Notes under the pieces: model-generated
What the model was told of the DNA's origin: nothing
The model's database searches: none
Seen by the model: the letters and a program-made list of their open reading frames with translations, nothing else
NCBI GenBank assembly: GCA_965116155.1
Contig: OZ220488.1
Location: 450,420-514,419, forward strand
Length of the DNA stretch: 64,000 nt
Reading direction: 5' to 3'
Source: Bdellovibrionales bacterium
Lineage (GTDB): Bacteria; Bdellovibrionota; Bdellovibrionia; Bdellovibrionales; UBA1609
In this document: positions 61,287-64,000 of the stretch, in pieces
Numbering within the stretch: position 1 is the stretch's first letter
How the letters are laid out: each line of letters starts with the position of its first letter
Position numbers and translations under genes: made by a program

Positions 61287-62270
61287 ATGAGCGCTTGGTT
61301 TTTAAAAGCAGCCACAAAGGAGCATTTGCCAGAGCTTATGCGCCTGGCGAAGTGTTTTACTTTAGAAAACCTACCCCCTGATGAGGTAGCGTTAACAAAG
61401 CTGCTGGAGCTAAGCGCGGCCTCCTTTGCAGGCCAGTGCCTCAAAGCAGATGCGAGGTATTTGTTTGTTCTAGAGGAAGCCACAAAGGGCCGCGTGGGAG
61501 GCAGTGCGCAGATACGCGCAGTTAATGGCAGCCCCCAGGCTCCCAATTACAGCTACTTGCTCAGCCATGAGGCAGCGCACTATCAGCTTACTTTGACATC
61601 TAACACCGAAGGCGCCACCGAGTTGGGGGGTATCATCATAGACCCTGAGCTGAGTGGCCAAGGGCTGGGCTCGCTCTTAAGCTTGGGGAGGTTGGTGTAT
61701 ATTTATGCATGGCCGGAGCGTTTTCAAGAAGAGGTCTGTGCCCAAATGGCTCCCCATATGGACGCGGGCGGCACCAATGCTTTTTGGCGCACTTATAGCG
61801 GCCAGGTTAAGGATTTTTATGCGGCATGCGCGCGGGCGCGGCAAGATAAAAACTTTGTCCCCCAAAACTGGCCTAGCGAGCTGCGGGTGCCTAAAAGTGC
61901 TGATGCTGCAGAGCACTTAGGCAAAGTGGGCGAGCGGAGCCAGGGCGCGGCTCATATGTTAAAAAAAATGGGGTTCAGCTTTAGAGGCCTAGTGCACCCT
62001 TTTGACTCTGGCCCTACGTTAAGCGCGAATATAGAAAATATTGCGCTTTTAAAAAATACCCAAAGCCTCAAACTAGAGGCCTTGCTAGAAGAAGTGGCAA
62101 AACTTTCTAGCAGGCAAAATTTTATTGCCGCTTATGCTTGGGAGGAGCCAGGGGATTTTATAGCTTTTAGCAAAAGCTCTTTAAAATGGGACTCCAAAAA
62201 AACGCAGCCACTTTTAAGTTTTTTGCAAACACCCCATCACAACAACCCTTGGCTTTTGAGTGTATTTTAG
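61287..62270 (+). CDS. astA: Arginine N-succinyltransferase
   Basis: The AstA pattern holds along the whole length. It includes LENLPPDE..SF, YLFVLEEATKGRVGGSAQI, GATELGGIIIDPELSGQGLGSLLS, NAFW and FDSGPTLSANIENI. Confidence 0.8.
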   Translation: MSAWFLKAATKEHLPELMRLAKCFTLENLPPDEVALTKLLELSAASFAGQCLKADARYLFVLEEATKGRVGGSAQIRAVNGSPQAPNYSYLLSHEAAHYQLTLTSNTEGATELGGIIIDPELSGQGLGSLLSLGRLVYIYAWPERFQEEVCAQMAPHMDAGGTNAFWRTYSGQVKDFYAACARARQDKNFVPQNWPSELRVPKSADAAEHLGKVGERSQGAAHMLKKMGFSFRGLVHPFDSGPTLSANIENIALLKNTQSLKLEALLEEVAKLSSRQNFIAAYAWEEPGDFIAFSKSSLKWDSKKTQPLLSFLQTPHHNNPWLLSVF

Positions 62271-62274
62271 CACA

Positions 62275-62470
62275 ATTAGAGTGCTAGTAAAATTCTCTGG
62301 GATAAAGCGGCGCTCCTGGCGCAACCTCCCAGAGGGAGGTGGCCGCGACAGGAGCAAGCGTCCCACAGAGAATTTTGCGGCCTATAAGGGAGCTACGAGC
62401 CTGTAGCCTTGGGCGATCTCTAGGCACAAGGCGACCAGATTGCCGTCAAAGCATCAAACATTGAGTAAAC
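62275..62470 (+). repeat. Modular palindromic repeat (A-B-C unit) between astA and astD
   Basis: Module A is TTAGAGTGCTAG. Module B lies at 62287-62378 (GTAAAATTCTCTGGGATAAAGCGG..AAGCGTCCCACAGAGAATTTTGC, with inner GGAGG/CCTCC-type hairpins). Module C is GGCCTATAAGGGAGCTACGAGCCTGTAGCCTTGGGCG..CACAAGG..GCCGTCAAAGC... Confidence 0.85.
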
Positions 62471-62496
62471 TCAATTTACGCGCTAGAAAGATAATA

Positions 62497-63981
62497 ATGA
62501 AACCTGTTAAAAAAACCCCTTTTAAAGGCAGTTTTATTGCAGGCAAATGGCATTTGCCTCACGCCACGCAAACTTGGCCGCTAAAAAGCCCTGCGGACTT
62601 GTCGGACCATATTATGGACTGTTGCAGCTCTTTAGAGCATGTGGATGCTGCCGTGCTTGCAGCCAATAAGGCCTTTTTACCTTGGGCGCGCTTGCCTCAA
62701 AAAGAGCGCATAGAGTTTGTAAAAAAACTAGGCGCACTTTTTAAACAGCGCGAGCAAGAAATCGCCCAGTGCATTGCGCGCGAAACCGGCAAGCCCTTGT
62801 GGGAGAGCCTTACCGAGGCCAAAGGGCTTGTGCAAAAAGTAAACCTTAGCCTTCAAGCAGGTTTGGAGCTTGTGCGCAGTCAAAAGCTCGCACTGCCCCA
62901 AGCCGAGGGGTTAATCACCCACAGGCCGCGTGGGGTGCTGGCAGTGCTGGGGCCTTTTAACTTTCCGTTACATTTACCAGTGGGGCACATTGTGCCGGCT
63001 TTATTAACGGGCAACACGGTGGTGTTTAAGGCCTCTGACAAAACAGCCTCATCAGCACAGCTGCTAACGGAGCTTATAGAAGCTGCTGCCCTGCCATGTG
63101 GGGTGTTTAATCTGCTGCAAGGTGCGGGTGATGTGGGGCAGGCTCTGGCTGTGCACCCTGATGTAGCAGGCGTGCTCTTTACGGGCTCTTATGCAGTGGG
63201 AAAAAAAATAAAACAAGCCACCCTACACCAGGCACACAAAATACTCGCCCTTGAAATGGGCGGGCAAAATCTAGCCCTGGTGTGGAAGGATGCTGACATT
63301 GCGCATGCCGCACAGCACTGTGTGCGGGGGGCTTTTTTAACTGCTGGGCAAAGGTGCTCTGCCACAAGACGCATTGTGCTGCACCCTAGTGTGGCGGGGG
63401 AATTTTTAGAAGATTTTTTGGCTCAGATTAAAAACATAAAAATCGGCCCCTGGTATGATGAGGTTTTTATGGGTCCGGTGATTAGCAAAGACGCCGCCCA
63501 GCTTTGTGAGCATGCGCGCACTATGGCACAAAAAGAAGGCGCTAAGCTTTTGTTACAGCTGCCCTTGCCCGAGCTGCCAGAGGGGCATTATGTGCCGCCG
63601 CAGGTGCTGGAGGCTCCTTTGGATTTAAACAGCCGCTTTCAAAACACAGAAGTGTTTGGACCTTTGGTGTGCGTGCATATCAGTGATGCATGGAACGACG
63701 TGATGCAGGCCATACGGGCTACAGGTTATGGGCTGGCGTTTTCGATTTTTACTAAAGAGCGGCAGCTGTTTCAAAAGGCTCTGCTCGAAGCCAAAGTGGG
63801 TGTATTAAACTGGAACCGCGGCACAGTGGGAGCAAGCGGGCAGATGCCTTTTGGGGGCTGCGGCAAGTCAGGCAATGACCGGCCCACAGGGCTCTGGGCG
63901 TCCTATTATTGTACGGAGCCTGTAGCTTCGATGCTAGAGCCCCAGGTGGTAGATGTGCCTCCCATGCCGGGTCTGCTATGA
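62497..63981 (+). CDS. astD: Succinylglutamate-semialdehyde dehydrogenase (aldehyde dehydrogenase family)
   Basis: The ALDH motifs are LEMGGQN and FLTAGQRCSATRR (catalytic Cys). It sits after astA. The ATG at 62497 (MKPVKKTPFKGSFIAGKW) is preferred. The longest ORF (from 62440) starts inside the repeat element. Confidence 0.8.
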   Translation: MKPVKKTPFKGSFIAGKWHLPHATQTWPLKSPADLSDHIMDCCSSLEHVDAAVLAANKAFLPWARLPQKERIEFVKKLGALFKQREQEIAQCIARETGKPLWESLTEAKGLVQKVNLSLQAGLELVRSQKLALPQAEGLITHRPRGVLAVLGPFNFPLHLPVGHIVPALLTGNTVVFKASDKTASSAQLLTELIEAAALPCGVFNLLQGAGDVGQALAVHPDVAGVLFTGSYAVGKKIKQATLHQAHKILALEMGGQNLALVWKDADIAHAAQHCVRGAFLTAGQRCSATRRIVLHPSVAGEFLEDFLAQIKNIKIGPWYDEVFMGPVISKDAAQLCEHARTMAQKEGAKLLLQLPLPELPEGHYVPPQVLEAPLDLNSRFQNTEVFGPLVCVHISDAWNDVMQAIRATGYGLAFSIFTKERQLFQKALLEAKVGVLNWNRGTVGASGQMPFGGCGKSGNDRPTGLWASYYCTEPVASMLEPQVVDVPPMPGLL

Positions 63982-64000
63982 AAGTGCGTACAGTCAAAAA
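63978..64000 (+). CDS. Start of the next gene of the AST-type cluster (truncated by the window end)
   Basis: ATG at 63978 overlaps the astD stop as ATGA, and the reading MKVRTVK.. continues to the window end. Only 7 codons are visible, so its identity is unknown. Confidence 0.3.

Noticed and set aside
1-64000. Prophage, IS element, integron, genomic-island borders or known defence systems
   Set aside because: No integrase, transposase, recombinase, phage structural, restriction-modification, Cas, reverse transcriptase or toxin-antitoxin-like ORFs are recognisable in any frame. The only mobility-like signals are the non-coding repeats reported above.

Overview
This is a 64-kb chromosomal segment, roughly 50% GC by eye, from a diderm bacterium. 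The gene content includes pilMNOPQ, gspCDE, a GldA/F/G-like ABC system with a DUF4340 partner, a TAXI-TRAP transporter, a Fis-type HTH protein, a VKOR-DsbA fusion and an AST arginine-catabolism cluster. That mix would fit a Bdellovibrionota/Oligoflexia-like or other delta-type lineage, but I cannot assign taxonomy without a database search. I call about 46 protein genes. They cover housekeeping functions (ftsH, tilS, yajC-secDF, der, rnc, argS, dacB), envelope machinery (a type IV pilus assembly operon directly downstream of a partial type II secretion operon) and transporters. They also include three Sec-signal-bearing ankyrin-repeat proteins, a secreted EEP-family phosphodiesterase, two paralogous Cys-paired Ig-like/vWA lipoproteins, a 1193-aa multi-TM orphan and an LspA-like protein that lacks one catalytic Asp and carries a HAMP-like tail. 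I recognised no rRNA, tRNA, CRISPR array, IS/transposase, integrase or phage genes. The most striking signal is non-coding. A modular, highly structured palindromic repeat family (modules A-E) fills every convergent-gene spacer and several co-directional spacers, at 10 or more loci. Its stems show textbook compensatory covariation, its copies are nested in each other, and it supplies the last codon plus the stop codon of unrelated genes. Separately, five genes end in long perfect hairpins whose non-coding arm is an exact inverted copy of the last codons. The second theme is ankyrin genes with near-identical 102-bp DNA repeats that vary mainly at the canonical target-binding positions, plus a ~560-bp duplicated 5' module 38 kb apart. 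All functional calls rest on motifs I read in the translations and on gene context. No similarity search, RNA folding or statistics could be run.
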